64,000 nucleotides of DNA, taken from the NCBI GenBank assembly GCA_951406725.2, contig OX597817.1:64914001-64978000 (forward strand). The letters are read 5' to 3'. The notes below the pieces were generated by a model. That model saw only the letters and a list, made by a program, of their open reading frames with translations. It was not told the origin of the DNA and searched no databases. Made by a program: the position numbers and the translations under genes. The DNA is from Octopus vulgaris (Eukaryota). Positions 36,530 through 50,484 of this stretch are shown here, one piece after another. Within the stretch, counting starts at the first letter, position 1. Each line of letters begins with the position of its first letter.

Positions 36530-37870
36530 ATATAGATTTGGCACTGTTTTACTTCTCATATACGGATAGAATTTTGTAGACTTTCCCACTAAAGATATTT
36601 TGACCACCAGCTTCCACTTTAGTAATTACATATTAATCTATTTCTTTGTGGTCAATCTACTTGATTGTTAGGGTTTCATGTTAATACCTACGTGTTAATT
36701 TCTTGACGCGTGTGTTGTTTGCATGTTAATTTTGACATTGTGTTGCGTGTGATGGGAATATGGATTCTAGATTAATCTGTTTTTCTGAAGAATTTTATGG
36801 ACTAGAGAATAATTTTCTTTTAGCGATTTTATATCAAACTTATTTTGTCGTAGCTGATATTCTAATTGCTCCATGTTGTAAAATGCATGACGAGCCTACG
36901 AGATAGTGTTGTCCAATGTAACAGCTGGAGTCCTGATAACTTTCAGTTTTATAATCGAGGTTTTGATTACGTTGGTCATTAGAAGCTTGTTGTCAGGTTT
37001 ACATGCTTGTGGCGTGTCATTGATAAAGAGGTTTTTGTTTGTTTGTTTTTATAGTATATTATTAGTTTAAGTTTATGGTTGGGTGTAATGCATTTTGTGC
37101 TCTGCTTTTATGAGGTTTTTGATTATGCATTCGTCTGTTCGACAGTTGTTAAGCATTTGATTTATGTATTTTTATTAGTTCTAGTCTCTAATGTATTTGC
37201 TGTTTTGCATTTGTGCCTGTATCCTTCTATAGCTCGGTCTGCTTGTCTGTTGGAATATCCGATGTTAATTAACGCTTTTTTATTCTGAGGATTTCTTTCT
37301 CTTGTGCCTTCTTTGTAGTCGAGAATCTAAATGCTCTTCTAAGTAGTGATTTTATCAGGCATGTTGTGTGGGTGTTCACTGTCGCCATGGAAGTATATGC
37401 ATTTGTTTGATTCTTTGGCGTATATAGACGTATGTATCTTCTTTTTTTCGATCTTTAAGTTTATGTATAAAAACAGAGCCGTATTTGTATTCTGAATGTT
37501 TTAGTACTGAGTTGTTTTCTAAATCTTCTTTTAGTTTCTTAACGTCCTTTGATGCATCCGTTGCCACATGTATATAATCTAAGTCTCTGATTATGTCTTG
37601 ATATTATTCTGTTCTCTATTATGGATAGGCAGAATACCGTAAACATCGGTCCTAAGGAGAACCCATGGCTATTCCGTCTGACTATATAAATTATATTACA
37701 GGCGACGAAAAGGTTCTTCAGTTGTATACGTCAATTTGACTACAACAAAACAAATGAATACGTGACTGCTGACGTGGAAGCCTAACGCTAAAAAAACAAA
37801 AACTTCTGGCGGGAAAGTCTACAAAAATTCGACCAGTATATTAAGAAGAAACGCAGACATCTAATCTGTT
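36530..37870 (-). mobile_element. Decayed Penelope-like element (RT plus GIY-YIG) flanked by inverted repeats of about 70 bp
   Basis: Minus strand, with frameshifts: DGIAMGS(P)LGPMF..IENRI (PLE RT); LENNSVLK; LIKSLLRRAFRFS..EILRIK..LINIGYS (thumb); TNVI..CYIGQ..RLVMH..QHGAI (GIY-YIG). 36530-36600 (gaattttgtagactttccc) is the inverse of 37800-37870 (gggaaagtctacaaaaattc). Confidence 0.85.
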
Positions 37871-38209
37871 TCAATTTTTGAAATTGATACTGCAAAGGTC
37901 AGGATTCATTGACCATGAACTTAGGAAACTTATTCTTCCAAACTAGCAAGAAACTGAAATGAAAATATGAAAAATCTGTAATAAAAAGGAAATAGAAGTG
38001 GAATGCAGTCATGTCTTTAATGCAACACGTAGAAAAGAAAAGCTGTTCCTCATACGAACAGCCATCGATCCATCAATCTATCCATCTATCGATCTATCCC
38101 TCGATCCGTCCTTCGATCCATCCATCGAAACATCCATCGATCCATCCATACATGCATGCATGCATACATACATACATACATACATACATACATACATACA
38201 TACTTACAT

Positions 38210-38266
<57 letters not shown>

Positions 38267-39015
38267 CACACACTCTCAAATATGCATACTTACACATAGA
38301 TTTCTGATGAGTTTCTTCACAGTTTCTGTATACCAAATTCCATTCAAAAGGCACTGGACAACCCAAAATATAAGTCATTTATCTCAGACACTGTACTGTG
38401 GAATTGTGCCCATAGTCACTTCACAACTCCGGTTGAGTAGTGAACTTCTCGATCTCTTAGCTATCTCTGCATCCATAATGAAAGACGTTTCAGCTGCACC
38501 CTTCTCATATTTTTATATTCCGTACTATACTATCCAATACGTTTCTGCCTTATGTCTTATGGCTGTCGAGTGTGATGTGAGTGAAATCGAATGTTATTTT
38601 CGGCATTTAGAGGAACCACGTAGATTCCTCCTATTTACCTAGTAACGAGGTACGTACTGCCACCTGTGCACTTGTTTAATAATGGATCATGATCGTGGAG
38701 TTGTTTAGCTCCAAGACTATTTTCATTCAGCAGTTCTATGATCAAAGGCATTTAAGTTGTAATCATCCCATCTGAGAGATGGTTACGACTGAAATCTAGA
38801 ACTACTCTCTTTTTAAAGACTGTAGGGTGTAATTGAAGAGAATTTGATTGATATACTAAGAGATCATCAACAACCACATAGTTGTTCTCCTGCATGCAAA
38901 TCAGTTGGTGGATGCCATAGAGAAAAAAAAGAATATTGCTTTCCTTTTATTTTTTATTGATTTCCTCGTTCCTAAATTTTAGCGTTTGGTGTATTGAATA
39001 TTATGAATATTGATG

Positions 39016-39345
39016 AAGGTGGGTGGCTTAGTAGTTAGGGTATTTGGCTCACGATCGTGAGGCCATGAGTTCGATTCCCGACAGTGCGTTGTGACCTTAA
39101 GCACAGCACTTTATTTCACATTGCTTCAGCCCACTCAGCTGCCAAAAAATTATTAGTACCTGTATTTCAAAGGGCCAGCCTTGTTACATTATGTATCACC
39201 CTGAATCTTCCCGAGAACTACGTTAAGAGTACGTGTGTCTGTAGAGTGCTTAGCTACTTGCATGTTAATTTCACGATCAGGCTGTTCCGTTGATCGGATC
39301 AACTGGAACCCTTGTCGTCTTAACAGACAGAGTGCAGAGTGCCAG
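39016..39345 (+). mobile_element. tRNA-derived SINE, family C
   Basis: A box tggcttagtagtta and B box gagttcgattccc, followed by a non-tRNA body shared with 11380-11692. Confidence 0.88.
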
Positions 39346-39599
39346 TAATGTGAATATGGATTCAGATTTGAATATTCTTGATTTATTTTCTATCGATTAG
39401 CGGACGCTGCATGCATAGGACCCTTAATCAATGGTTCGGTTTCACACCCTCACTGCAATGATGAAAATGATTTGACCGACGAAATGGATTTGAGGAGCGA
39501 GGTGTACGCTAAAGTTCATGTGGCTTAGGCTGGGAAAGAAGGAGTTAGTCATTTTAGCCTTTTATCCTAGGTGATCTGGTAATTTGGAGAACGCTGTCT

Positions 39600-40020
39600 C
39601 TTATTTCTTTATTGCCCACAAGGGGCTACACACAGAAGGGCCAAACAAGGACAGACAAACGGATTAAGTCGATTATATATCGATCCCAGTGCGTAACTGG
39701 TACTTAATTTTATCGACCCCGAAAAGATGAAAGGCAAAGTCGACCTCGGCGGAATTTGAACTCAGAACGTAACGGTAGACGAAATACCTATTTCTTTACT
39801 ACCCACAAGTGGCTAAACACAGAGGGGACAAACAAGGGCAGACAAACGGATTAAGTCGATTACATCGACCCCAGTGCGTAACTGGTACTTAATTTATCGA
39901 CCCCGAAAGGATGAAAGGCAAAGTCGACCTCAGCGGAATTTGAACTCAGAACGTAACGGCAGACGAAATACGGCTACGCATTTCGCCCGGCGTGCTAACG
40001 TTTCTGTCAGCTGGCCGTCT
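39600..40020 (-). mobile_element. Young family A SINE with a tandem duplication of about 185 bp
   Basis: The block cccacaag..acaagg..acaaacggattaagtcgatta..cgaccccgaaa.gatgaaaggcaaagtcgacctc.gcggaatttgaactcagaacgtaacgg.agacgaaatac occurs twice (about 39605 and 39790). The head ends at about 40018. Confidence 0.92.
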
Positions 40021-40490
40021 CAGAACGCTGTCTCTTGCGTGGGTTACTTCAACAGATTCCACAGTATTGTGAGAATTTGGACCAAGGTTCTAATCTGAAG
40101 ACAACTTGCCTTCTTCCCCCATCATTAGAGACATGAGACCTGCTATTCCTTCTCTGACAAAATCTTTGAGTACGAAATAAATGAAAACTAGAACTACCAT
40201 AACGGGTGATATTTTCTAACTGATTTAACGAATCATCATCATGAATTTTAAAATAATGATATCTATCAGTCAATTCGAATTTTAACCTGAACTGTCGAAA
40301 GTGTCCCTGTGAGACTATATATGTATGTGTGTGTGTGAGTGTGTGCGTGTATGTATGCTTATTTGTGCGCATGTGTGTATGTATATTTGTATATATGCAT
40401 ATGCATACATAAAAACATAGGTGCGTACGTTATGTATGTAAGTGTAAATGTCTGTATATGTATGTATATATCTACATACATATAGGATTC

Positions 40491-40614
40491 TTTAAAAGCA
40501 GTAGAAATATAACAAAAGCTGTTAGTCAGAGTTTCACGTTCCCGTTCGTCGTCCGTCGAACGGGAACGTGAAACTCTGACTAACAGCTTTTGTTATATTT
40601 CTGCTGCTTTTAAA
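40491..40614. repeat. Near-perfect 58-bp fold-back whose arms carry a degenerate hammerhead motif
   Basis: Arms 40491-40548 and 40557-40614 have one mismatch. The right arm reads GT-CCGTCGA-ACG ggaa CGT-GAAA-CTC t GAC-TA-AC and is followed by AATAAA. Confidence 0.92.
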
Positions 40615-40796
40615 TAAAGCATATTACTCTACCTCTGGTATTTGAGTACTCTTTTTCCACCTTGTTTTTTCACATTTATGTACTTACTCCGGTACATATA
40701 GGATTATATATGTATGCATGTATATGTATATGTATGTATCTACCTATCTGTCAGCCCATCCGTCCATCCATCCATCCATCCGTCCGTCCGTCCGTT

Positions 40797-40839
<43 letters not shown>

Positions 40840-40878
40840 TGCCTGTCTGCCTGTCTGTCTGTCTGTCTGCCTGTCTGC

Positions 40879-40953
<75 letters not shown>

Positions 40954-41043
40954 GCTGCATGTATGCACATATTTGCGCGCGTATACATATATATATTTGT
41001 ACATACGTACATACATACATACATACATACATACATACGTACA

Positions 41044-41074
<31 letters not shown>

Positions 41075-41833
41075 TGACATATGCTCAACAAGTGTATGTA
41101 CAATATTTTACATACGCTTGCTTGCTTGCGTGCGTGTGTATGTGTACGTGTGTGCATGCTTGCGTGTAAGAGTATGTGTGTGTGTGTGTGTATGTGTACG
41201 CATGAAGTGATGAATTACTAAATAAATGAATGAGTTATTGAATGAGTGAATGAATGAATGAATGAATAAACAACTGGCGGACTGAATTAAAGAATGAATA
41301 CAAACAGAGTGGTGTGGTGATGGTGGTAGTAGTGATGCAGAGATGCAGAGGTGCTACACACATCGAAATGTGCAATATATGGAGTTACAGCTGAAAGTTA
41401 TTTGATTGACACACGTGTGCTTGCAGATAGTCTCCGGAATTATTGTATTTTCGACTGTATGAATGGACGAATCGGTAGCTGGAAGTGAATGCAAAGCAGA
41501 ATTTTCCCTTATAAGGTGATGCCGCTCCAGCTCAACAGCGCAATCGTGCATTCATTGGAAGAAATTATAAACGGAACTTCGTGATTGTGAAAGGGTAGTG
41601 GTGATAGTAGTGTTGCTGATTTTAGTGTGTATGTATGTGTGTGTGTGTGTACTTATCGTGGTGGTGATGGTGGTGGTGGTGGTGGTGGTGGTGGTAGTGA
41701 TAGTGATGGTGATTGTTGTTGTGGTGATGGTGGTAGTAATGGTGATAATGATATTGGTAGTAATAACAAATACGCATGTTACACTCTTCATTTTATTCGA
41801 ATCATTGATCAGTGTAGAATGAATGACCCTCTC

Positions 41834-41889
<56 letters not shown>

Positions 41890-42177
41890 GGCTGGCGTGG
41901 GAATGTGTCTACGTGTCCCGTCTCCAATGTGTGCACGAATGCGCGTAAGTGTGCAGGCAAACGTGATGCATTATCATTATCTCAATTCACAGACAGACAG
42001 ACAGGCACACACGCACACTGTATGTATGAGTCAATCACTCGCTCAATCAATCAATCAATATCTATATCTATGTATGTATGTATGTATGTATGTATGTATG
42101 TATGTATGTATGTATGTATGTATGTATGTATGTATGTATGTATGTATGTATGTATCTATCTATCTATATCTATATAT

Positions 42178-42227
<50 letters not shown>

Positions 42228-42324
42228 GTATGTATAGTCACACACACAAATACATACCAAACAAGTTGGCAAAATGAGATAGACAAAATAAGAACCAAAC
42301 TTTTTATATTGCGGGAATGTGTAC

Positions 42325-42418
<94 letters not shown>

Positions 42419-42649
42419 AGCGCTTTGGGATTCTGGGACACGCATCCTTTGAGTTGCACCCCACGCCTCCCTGAACAAGTTGCAGGATTATTGATGGTTG
42501 TACAGGCAGTATGTGGAGGCTAAAATATGTTTTTCAAACGGACCCCTCTACCTAAGATCCGAACGCCTACCTTGTAATCCGCGTGACAGACGATGCGATA
42601 CGGTTGTTCTTTTGAACCCCTTTCATGCTGTAGTTTTTAGTGATCTTAT

Positions 42650-43560
42650 TTGTGCCAGGCATGAAGCTGGTATTTGTATTTGATCAGCGAATATCCACTC
42701 AGTTATTCACTCTATGGTAGGTCGACAAATCGTGGGAATATTGCAAAGAGGCGTACGCTTGCTTTGTAGACCTTGTAAAGGCATATGATAGATCTAGGAG
42801 TAAACCAAGAATGGGATGGTTATAGACTTTGTAAAGGTATATGACCGCATGCCGTGGGACATGCAGGAATTTGGATTAACGAGCAACTTCTGGTTGCTGT
42901 GAAGCCTCTGTACGAATGCCGAGATGTTTGTGTTCAAGTAAATGGTGCTAAGTCGAAACCTTTCGACTTGTGTGTTGGACTTCGGCAGGGGTGCATATTG
43001 TCACTTCTCCTTTTCATAATTTTTATGAACTGGATTGACATGTGTAGCCGTTGAGGAAGTGGTATCACAATCGAGTGAGTATAAGATCATTCGGCTGATA
43101 TTTGCAGACAACATGATGCTACTTGGCTCATCAGAAGATGATATCCTGCATGCTCTGAATGTTACGAAAATAGGGATGATAATTAGAGGTGCGAAGACTG
43201 CGGCCTTCCCAGTGCACTTTGCATATTAGTGGGACATCACTGAGACAAGTGGAAATGTATCTTGGGGCAATATTCACGAGTGTTCGGATGCAGAAAGTTG
43301 AATTGGATGTTAAAATTGGAGCTGGCAGATAAAGCGCCAACTCAAGCATTTGGTCATCAGGAGAGGAGAAGTTGGTAAAAAACTCGCTACCTTCAGTTCG
43401 GTTTTCTGCCTATCCTCACCTATGGACTGAAAGAGTGCAATGACGAATGCAAGCCACCGAAATGGATTTCTGGAGTAGCTCGGAAATCATGGAGCCTCTC
43501 CAGATCCAGCCACCACTTCTCTGCATTGATGGGTCACAGCTCCGGTACCATTCGAACAAA
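42650..43560 (+). mobile_element. RTE-clade (Rex3/Expander-like) LINE RT remnant
   Basis: ACFVDLVKAYD; VQVNGAKSKPFDLCVGLRQGCILSLLLFIIFMNWI; LIFADN; YLGAIFT; MQATEMDF. Confidence 0.88.
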
Positions 43561-43654
43561 CTGCACACGCACCACCCCGGTAGACACCCTCTTAAAACCT
43601 TAGAAAACCATAAATTAAGGCAAATTACTCCATATTGTAGAGTGTAGCAAAATG

Positions 43655-43782
43655 GTTATTCATATGATAGCACAAGACTAGTTATGTTTCCCATGTATTT
43701 CGAAATTATTTAGTATGCACTCTGATGATTTCGAAATTCGGATGAAACATGATTAGTTTTGTAATCAGCATCATTAGAATAA
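43655..43782. repeat. Old imperfect fold-back with a hammerhead-like motif
   Basis: The right arm CTGATGA-tttcgaaattcggat-GAAA-catgattagttttg-TA aligns with the left arm (rc) ctaaataatttcgaaatacatgg-GAAA-cataactagtcttg-tg. Confidence 0.55.
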
Positions 43783-44604
43783 AAGCACCCACACGCATGC
43801 ACCCCCCCACACACGACGATCTTCCACGGAGCTTCCGTCTACCAAATTTATTCAGAAAGCATTGGTCGGCCTGAACCTATAATGGAAGACACTAAAGGTG
43901 CTTAAGGACCAGGTGGTTGCATTAAACCAAGCAGCAGAGAAAGTTTACTATTTCCCCAAATCAGGAACGCAATCATTCGAACGGGCTTCTACACATTTTC
44001 CTACTACCAAAAATACACTATCCATGCGAAGGTTATAGTAAAAGACAGCGACCAAAGTGCTACGCATTGGAATCGAAACCGGATGTACGCTGTTGCGATG
44101 CCACAATCAAGCCATAATTTGTTTGTCCTCAGTTATTACAACTTGTAAATATATTGTACTATACGTACGTACAAACAAACGTACAAACATACATACATAC
44201 ACATATACCCACCCACCAACCTACCTACCTACCTACCTACCTACCTACCTACCTACCCACCTACCTACATTCATACATACTCTTCCCCACGTCCCCATCA
44301 GTCAACCTATTTCATTAAGTATTTCCTTGTTTTGATTGAACCGTACAACAGCTCTATTTTAGTTCGATATCAACCGAAATAGTTGAGCAATGTCCATATA
44401 TGGTTTTCGCTCGAAATGTGCTGAAGGTGTGGTTTATAGCTTCCTGTGTGTTTGTGTGATCGTCTGTGCGCCCGCGTGAATTAAACGGAACGATATTTGT
44501 ACAAATGCGTAGTGATGTAACACATCTTTCTGCGGTACACATACATAAGCACAAACACACAGACACATACACACAAACACACAGACACAAACACACAATC
44601 GCGG

Positions 44605-44656
<52 letters not shown>

Positions 44657-44660
44657 ACAG

Positions 44661-44694
<34 letters not shown>

Positions 44695-44847
44695 AGACAC
44701 ACAGACACACACACACACACACGAGTGCATATACGTGTATGTATATAATTGCATCTTGTATTGTGTATGTAGGCACATGTGAATAAATGTACCCTCGTCT
44801 GTATAAATTGTATGTTGGTGTATTTTCGCCATCCACATTCTTATACG

Positions 44848-44883
<36 letters not shown>

Positions 44884-44917
44884 TACGTACATAAATATTT
44901 ATATGGACACACACACA

Positions 44918-44976
<59 letters not shown>

Positions 44977-45578
44977 GTATGTATAGACACACACATATAT
45001 ATATGTATGTGTACACACACACACACATATACAAGCACATACGTATATATGTGTGCGCGCGCTTTTCTGTGTGTGTAAAGAGAGTGAGTGAGAGAGGAAC
45101 AGGATGAGAGAGAGAGAGAGTGTGTGTGTGGGGAAAAAAAGAAGTAATCAATTAATATGTTATTTACGAAATTGTCCAACACGTTTGCTAGCATGCGTTT
45201 CCGCACTTTCATTCACATGTTGTGAGAGAGCGTGACTTTTGGACCAATCACAGAACACTATCGATTCCTGCTCTCATTCATGAAGGCGTATTTCGTTTTT
45301 GGGTTATCTCCCTGATTGTGATGGGGGGTGGGTGAGTAAGGGAGTGTGTTGCCGTATTGGTGACAATGCCACTCTTTAAGCGTGCTTACACATACATACA
45401 TACATACATACATACATACATACATACATACATACATACATACATACATACATACACAGATACATGCATACATATATACACAGATACATGCATGCATACA
45501 TACATACATACATACATACATACAAACATACAAACATACATACACACGTATGTGTATATATGTATATCTAAATATATG

Positions 45579-45637
<59 letters not shown>

Positions 45638-45712
45638 GTATTTATGTGTGAGTGTGTGTGTATGTATACATGCCATGCACATCATCTCATGAATTATATA
45701 GCTTATATAACT

Positions 45713-45845
<133 letters not shown>

Positions 45846-45932
45846 GTGTACGTACGTATGTAGGTATATATATATATATATATATAGTGTGCATATGCAT
45901 GCATTATACACTTTCCACATATGTGCTTGCAA

Positions 45933-45983
<51 letters not shown>

Positions 45984-46048
45984 CAGTCAACAGGTGTGAC
46001 TGTACATATATATGATGCTCAAGACAGATTACACGTAGTAGTGCTCAC

Positions 46049-46107
<59 letters not shown>

Positions 46108-46422
46108 TACATATATGTTGATAGTAAATATATATGTTGTTTGTCAATATTCTTGTATAATGTTGTAAAGGTATGTTGTTGATGTATTCAAAAGTATATA
46201 ATTATAATGTTCGTAATGGCAATTCTGCGGTAAAAAAAGCTACTGTAAACAACATCGACAACAGCTACATTTCAGAAGAGTGTGTGTGTGTGTGTGTGTT
46301 TGTGCATGGCGGGGAGGGAAAACGCCTCTGCTTTCTATATTCGGAAAAGGTAATATATTTAGCATCAATAGTTTAGCCTCGTGTGCCAGCAAACTGCGAA
46401 TCGACGGATATAATAAAGATAA

Positions 46423-46469
<47 letters not shown>

Positions 46470-46475
46470 ATAGAG

Positions 46476-46539
<64 letters not shown>

Positions 46540-47114
46540 GGAGATAAACAGAGAGAGGGACAGAGAAATAGAGAGCGAGAGAGAGAGAGAGAGAGAGAGT
46601 GGGGGAGAGAATATTTAGTCTCGAAATCTGGAAGCATGTTGACCTAGTATAAAATAAACCTCGTAGTGGCTGCAGAGGTGGTAACTATGTTGATAATATT
46701 CCAAGGAGTGCTGGTACTGGCGATGATGCTGCTGGCGTTGGTGTTGTGGCGTTGGTGGAACTGTATCATTTGCTAGGTGTTCCCTGGATTGTGTCTATTT
46801 CTGTCTACTTCTTTCAAACATCCGGTTTTTTCCGTGATCATTGTCCAAGAACACATGCTTCAGTTTAAAGCAATGCATTCAGCTATTGATTTTCTTCTGT
46901 TTTCATTCTTTACTTCTTAAGTGGAGGAGATTATGAAATACTAGAAATTGGTGCAGGTGGGATTTTCTCATGAATGTGCATATTTTTTCGGTTCTAAAGT
47001 CGATTAATACCAGAACTGAAACTGACTTTTCCGATTCTACAGTGGACGGCAAATTTTCCTAAATATTACAATTCTCCCTTTTTTGAATTGATCTTGGTAT
47101 TATTGTTTAGCACC

Positions 47115-47332
47115 AAAGGCGGCTAACTGGTAGAATCGTTACAGTGCCGGACAAAATGCTTAGTGTTATTTTTCTTCCGGTTCTTTTACCGTGTGTTCAA
47201 ATGCCGACGAGGTCGACTTTACCTTTTATCCTTTCGGGGTCGATAAATTATGTACCTATTGAACACTGGGGAACGATGTAATCGACTTTCGCCTCTCCAG
47301 AAAATTGCTGGCCGTGTGCCAAAATTGGAAGG
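47115..47332 (+). mobile_element. Full-length family A SINE
   Basis: aaggcggctaactggtagaatcgtta..gttcaaatgccgacgaggtcgacttt.cctttt atcctttcggggtcgataaa..tgctggccgtgtgccaaaatt. Confidence 0.88.
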
Positions 47333-48414
47333 GAATAATTATTGCGTAACCTTGATCAATCCTGATGAGTCGATCTATGATCAAACAGCGATCAAACCAT
47401 GGCCATCCTGACTTATAGGTGTGTATGTATATGCATGTGTGTATCTATGTATGCGTCTGCATAAGTCTACACCTGTGTGTGAATGTGTGTGTATGTGCAT
47501 AAACTTGTTTGCATAGGAATCGAGGCATGTACGCATACGTATGCATGTATGTGTGTGTGTGGCACATATATGTAAATATGTGTGTATGTACATATGTGTA
47601 TGTAAATAAGTGTATGTATTTATATATGTGTGTGTGCATGTGTCTATGTGCGTGTGCATGCATATGTGTGCTTGTGTGTATATGCTTATATGTATATAGG
47701 TATGTGGGTTTCCTTACATGTGTTTGTGTTGGTATGTCTCCATGTGTATATGTGCATGCATGCATATGTCTGTCTGTGTCTATGTGAGTAGGAGATAACT
47801 TAAGAACGTTTAAAATAATTCAACTTAGTAATCAGAATTTTATTTTTCTTCATCTCCAATGCTGTATTATAACGAAAATTTCCATAATACGTGCATAGAT
47901 ACAGCCACGCCTCATATTTTGGTGGGAAAAGAATAGTTGATTAAATGAAACCAGGAATCCCAACACTGCTTATTTTATCAATCCTAGAAGAGTGAAAGGA
48001 GGTAAGTCGACTGTGATTGAATTTGAACACAGAACATAAAATAACGTAAGATAAATATTTCAAACCATACTGTGTCATCAATTCACTTACTCAATGTGAA
48101 ACTCACCAGACCGAAATTGTATATCTTATAATTAAAGTAGAAAAATATTCTATTTGAATCTCGATAGTAGTTATAGATAAGTATCTATAACTACTGATAA
48201 GAACCACAATGGAACATTATAAACCAGGGTTGGTAGATTGGGCTGCAAAGAGCGGTTTAGACTATTTTTAGGATTGCACAATACTATTTTTTATTTTAAT
48301 TTAGGCTATTTGCTATTTTAAAATTTCAATTTATAAAGATAAGAATCTTATTGAATACGAAATTAAATTACCAACTAAAATTAGGAGCGACCTAGAAGTA
48401 ATCCTTGCTCTCTC

Positions 48415-48446
<32 letters not shown>

Positions 48447-48499
48447 GCACATACATTTGAATTATGAAATCAACTAGCTGATCGATGAAAATCGAAAGG

Positions 48500-50300
48500 T
48501 TCGGATGTCACACGAACACATCATAAATTCACATGTTAAAAGACACACTATCAAATATTTATGCATTAACTTAGGACTAAATTTAGAGGAACACACCACA
48601 AAACAACTGGTGGCAACAAAAAGCAATAAAGCTTCAAAATTATGCAGGTGCCTGTGCTCTTAAGAATTCCTTTACTGGAATAAAGCAATTGTTTGGTCCA
48701 ATATGAACATCAACAGGCAACCTTTTAGCTATAGGCAACTCCAGCATCCTGACAAATCTACAAGTTATTTTCCGAATGCTGGAAGGAACATTTTGCTTCA
48801 CCTTGGAATTGAAATTCGATAACAGCAGAAAATTTCTTGAGAAATATCCCATATCATCTAGAAAAACTATGGACAAATGTTTAACCAACATTTTGAGAGT
48901 CTGAAAGTACCATGAACAGAATGAAACTACGAAAATTCTCAAAATCGGACGACGTCCTTCTTGAATTAGTGAAATCTCTCACAAAGAATACCTCCCAAAC
49001 CCAGGTTTTTCATCCTTATCCTGAAAATATGAGAAAACTATCATGTCCCAAATGAATTTAAGGTTGCAGTTTATTCCCCTTCAAGGAAAAAATTAGAAAA
49101 TTGCATGAGAATTATTTAAAAAATATTATTGCTGTCTCTTATTGGGAAAGTATTTCCATAAACCCTTCTAAACCATTCCATTTCATTGCGGAGAAGGTTG
49201 TTCTCAAAACTTAAAGCGGTTTTCGAGCCTTTGGTGACACAATCGACATGATTTTCGCGCAAGAAAAGCAGAGAACAACAGAGAAGTGCAAGAAAAGCAA
49301 AGAACAACCATTCTTCTTTTGTCTTCTACGACCGGAATAAGACTTTTGATAAGTATATCAAGAGAAATCACGTGGATGACTTTTCACCGTTTATGTTGGC
49401 AAAACCATTTCACCAGACTGGTCTAAGCATTGAGCGAAGGTATATCAGGTCGTATTTTTCATCAAAACAAACTTTGTGAACAATTTCCGATTACATTTTG
49501 ATTGAAGCAGAGTTGCATTCATGCCACCATGTTTTTATACTTGTGCTAGTGCGTATGAAAATGATAATTTCGGTCTCGTAGTGAATATCAAGAAGACTAA
49601 AATTCTCGCACAACCTGATCTGAAGACCAACCTCAATGGTTTCAAAATCACCATCTCTGATAGCTCTTTTGAAACTTTCAAACAAATGTACGTTGCAAAA
49701 GGATTTCAAACAGCATTTGGAAAACTAGCAAAATGGGTATTTTAGAATAATCATCTAACCTACAAAATGAAATTGATAGTTTGTCAAGCAGTCGTCATTT
49801 CAACGTTTTACAGTTGTGAAACTTGGACACTTTATCGTCCGGACATCAGAACGTTGGAACATTTTCCATCAACAAAAACTCAGCGTCGGCTTAAATATCG
49901 AAAGGGAGGACTACTTAATCAGCAATGATGTACTAGAAAAAGCCAACTGCCGAAGTATAAAATCTACCATGATGCTGAAGCATAGAATCAACCATGATGT
50001 CGAAGCATAGAATCAACACTGGCTACGATGGTTAAGACATGTAGTTAAAATGAAAGAAGTGAGATTTTCTCAAATATTCTTCATTGCAGTAACCACCAGG
50101 AAAATACCACGAAGATAGCCTTTCTGCTGTTAAAGAAAACAAAAAAAAAAAAAAGAAAAAAGAAAAAAAGAGAGCTTAGCTAAAATCAATCTCCAAAATG
50201 ACATGAATTGAAACAAGAATATGGAAAACTGAAACCCCCAACCGCTCCAACTGTTGTTATCCCATTACCACCGGAACTGACTATTCTGAATTAAAAAAAA
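48500..50300 (+). mobile_element. Highly decayed RTE (BovB-like) LINE
   Basis: FGLVVNIKKTKILAQP; AFGKL; KLIVCQAVVIST..SCETWTLY; ISNDVLEKANCRSI; LRWLRHVVKM. The 5' limit is uncertain. Confidence 0.8.
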
Positions 50301-50484
50301 AAGAAAATCAAAAGAAAAAACCCCCAGAAAAACGTTAAGTCCTTATGATTCAACAACAGCCGCGCTCTCTGCTATCTCTTCTTTGCCATCTTTATTTACG
50401 CGAAGAATCACGTTCTCAGTTAACAATACCATCAACATGGCTATTGGGTAGGATGTGTTATCTCTCTGCTATTTATATTCCTTT

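Noticed and set aside
39016-39090. tRNA gene (also 11620-11692 and 51453-51535)
   Set aside because: A and B boxes are present, but there is no complete cloverleaf and the sequence runs into multi-copy SINE bodies.
47355-47410. CTGATGA as a hammerhead core (also 24631 and 38303)
   Set aside because: There is no correctly placed GAAA or stem I/III. These lie within other dispersed repeats or SINE sequence.
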